NCBI RefSeq assembly: GCF_006345805.1
Contig: NC_043010.1
Coordinates: 42,222,001 to 42,286,000 of the forward strand
Length of the DNA stretch: 64,000 nt
Direction of reading: 5' to 3'
Origin: Octopus sinensis
Taxonomy: Eukaryota
Below the pieces are notes generated by a model. That model was not told where the DNA came from, did no database searches, and saw only the letters and a program-made list of their open reading frames with translations. The number at the start of each line of letters is the position of its first letter. Position 1 is the stretch's first letter. Below, one piece after another: positions 63,401 to 64,000 of this stretch. The translations under genes and the position numbers were made by a program.

Positions 63401-64000
63401 TATATTTTTTCGAAGTGTAAATATAATTAAAAATTACACCACAATAGCTGAGCCCACACATTTTCCTATTCTTTGATAATGAAGCGAATTGGTTTGAGCA
63501 GAAAAGGTCAAGAAAAAAGTGTATTTCAACAAATGATGTAGCATTCTTAGAATAAAATATTTAAGCCGCTTATATCTAGAAAAAATGTTTTTAACATTGT
63601 ATTATTAAATAAGGTTGAGAATTTATTTATGTCGGTAGGGGAAAATGATACTAGTATTGGTGATGCTATTATCGAGAAACGCAACTTCGATGTGATGAAG
63701 GGAGTGAGCTAATATACGGCACATGATATTTGTTCGCTATAAATAAATCAATTGTGCAGGTCGTTCGGCGAAGGCTGAACACTCATATGTCGTCTTCGTC
63801 GGAGAGTCCGTCATTGTCGAGAAATGCAATCAGAAACTTAATTCGCCGATATTTTAAGTCTTGGTTGTGGTACGTTGCCGCGCGTATAAACAGCTGAGGT
63901 AGAAAAACATCGGATTGTAACTTTTTAATGTGCCTCTATGGTCGAATTTTTTACGGAGTCAGTCATGCTATTTTCTTTTCTGGGAAGTTCATACAGTTAG

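Noticed and set aside
63787-63898. Short CpG-rich ORF MSSSSESPSLSRNAIRNLIRRYFKS
   Set aside because: Only loose similarity to transposase helix-turn-helix N-termini; too short, and the window ends.

Overview
AT-rich, microsatellite-dense eukaryotic DNA. Its SINE families, MITEs and TTAGGG tracts look to me like an Octopus (coleoid cephalopod) genome; this is recognition from memory, not a database result. No complete protein-coding gene is present, and nearly all supplied ORFs are microsatellite artefacts or transposon relics. The window reads as a long intron or intergenic stretch filled with tRNA-derived SINEs (several with target-site duplications, two as tandem dimers with the same junction), TIR MITEs, three deleted mariner elements, and relics of piggyBac, hAT, an R4/Dong-type LINE and Penelope-like elements (PLEs). 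The main discovery is a population of type I hammerhead ribozyme (HHR) motifs: two canonical-core copies (4595-4691, 40222-40272), three near-intact copies and several decayed ones, mostly on small elements embedded in (TA)n tracts. The best HHR lies in the loop of a 267-nt foldback element with 90-nt ungapped inverted arms at 91% identity, and the inversion begins close to the predicted cleavage site. A 2.2-kb PLE relic shows the same inverted-3'-end architecture. On the + strand there is a candidate recursive splice site (branch point, pyrimidine tract, TAG|GTAAGT) followed by a 68-nt exon, plus two other candidate exons, suggesting a + strand host gene with very long introns.
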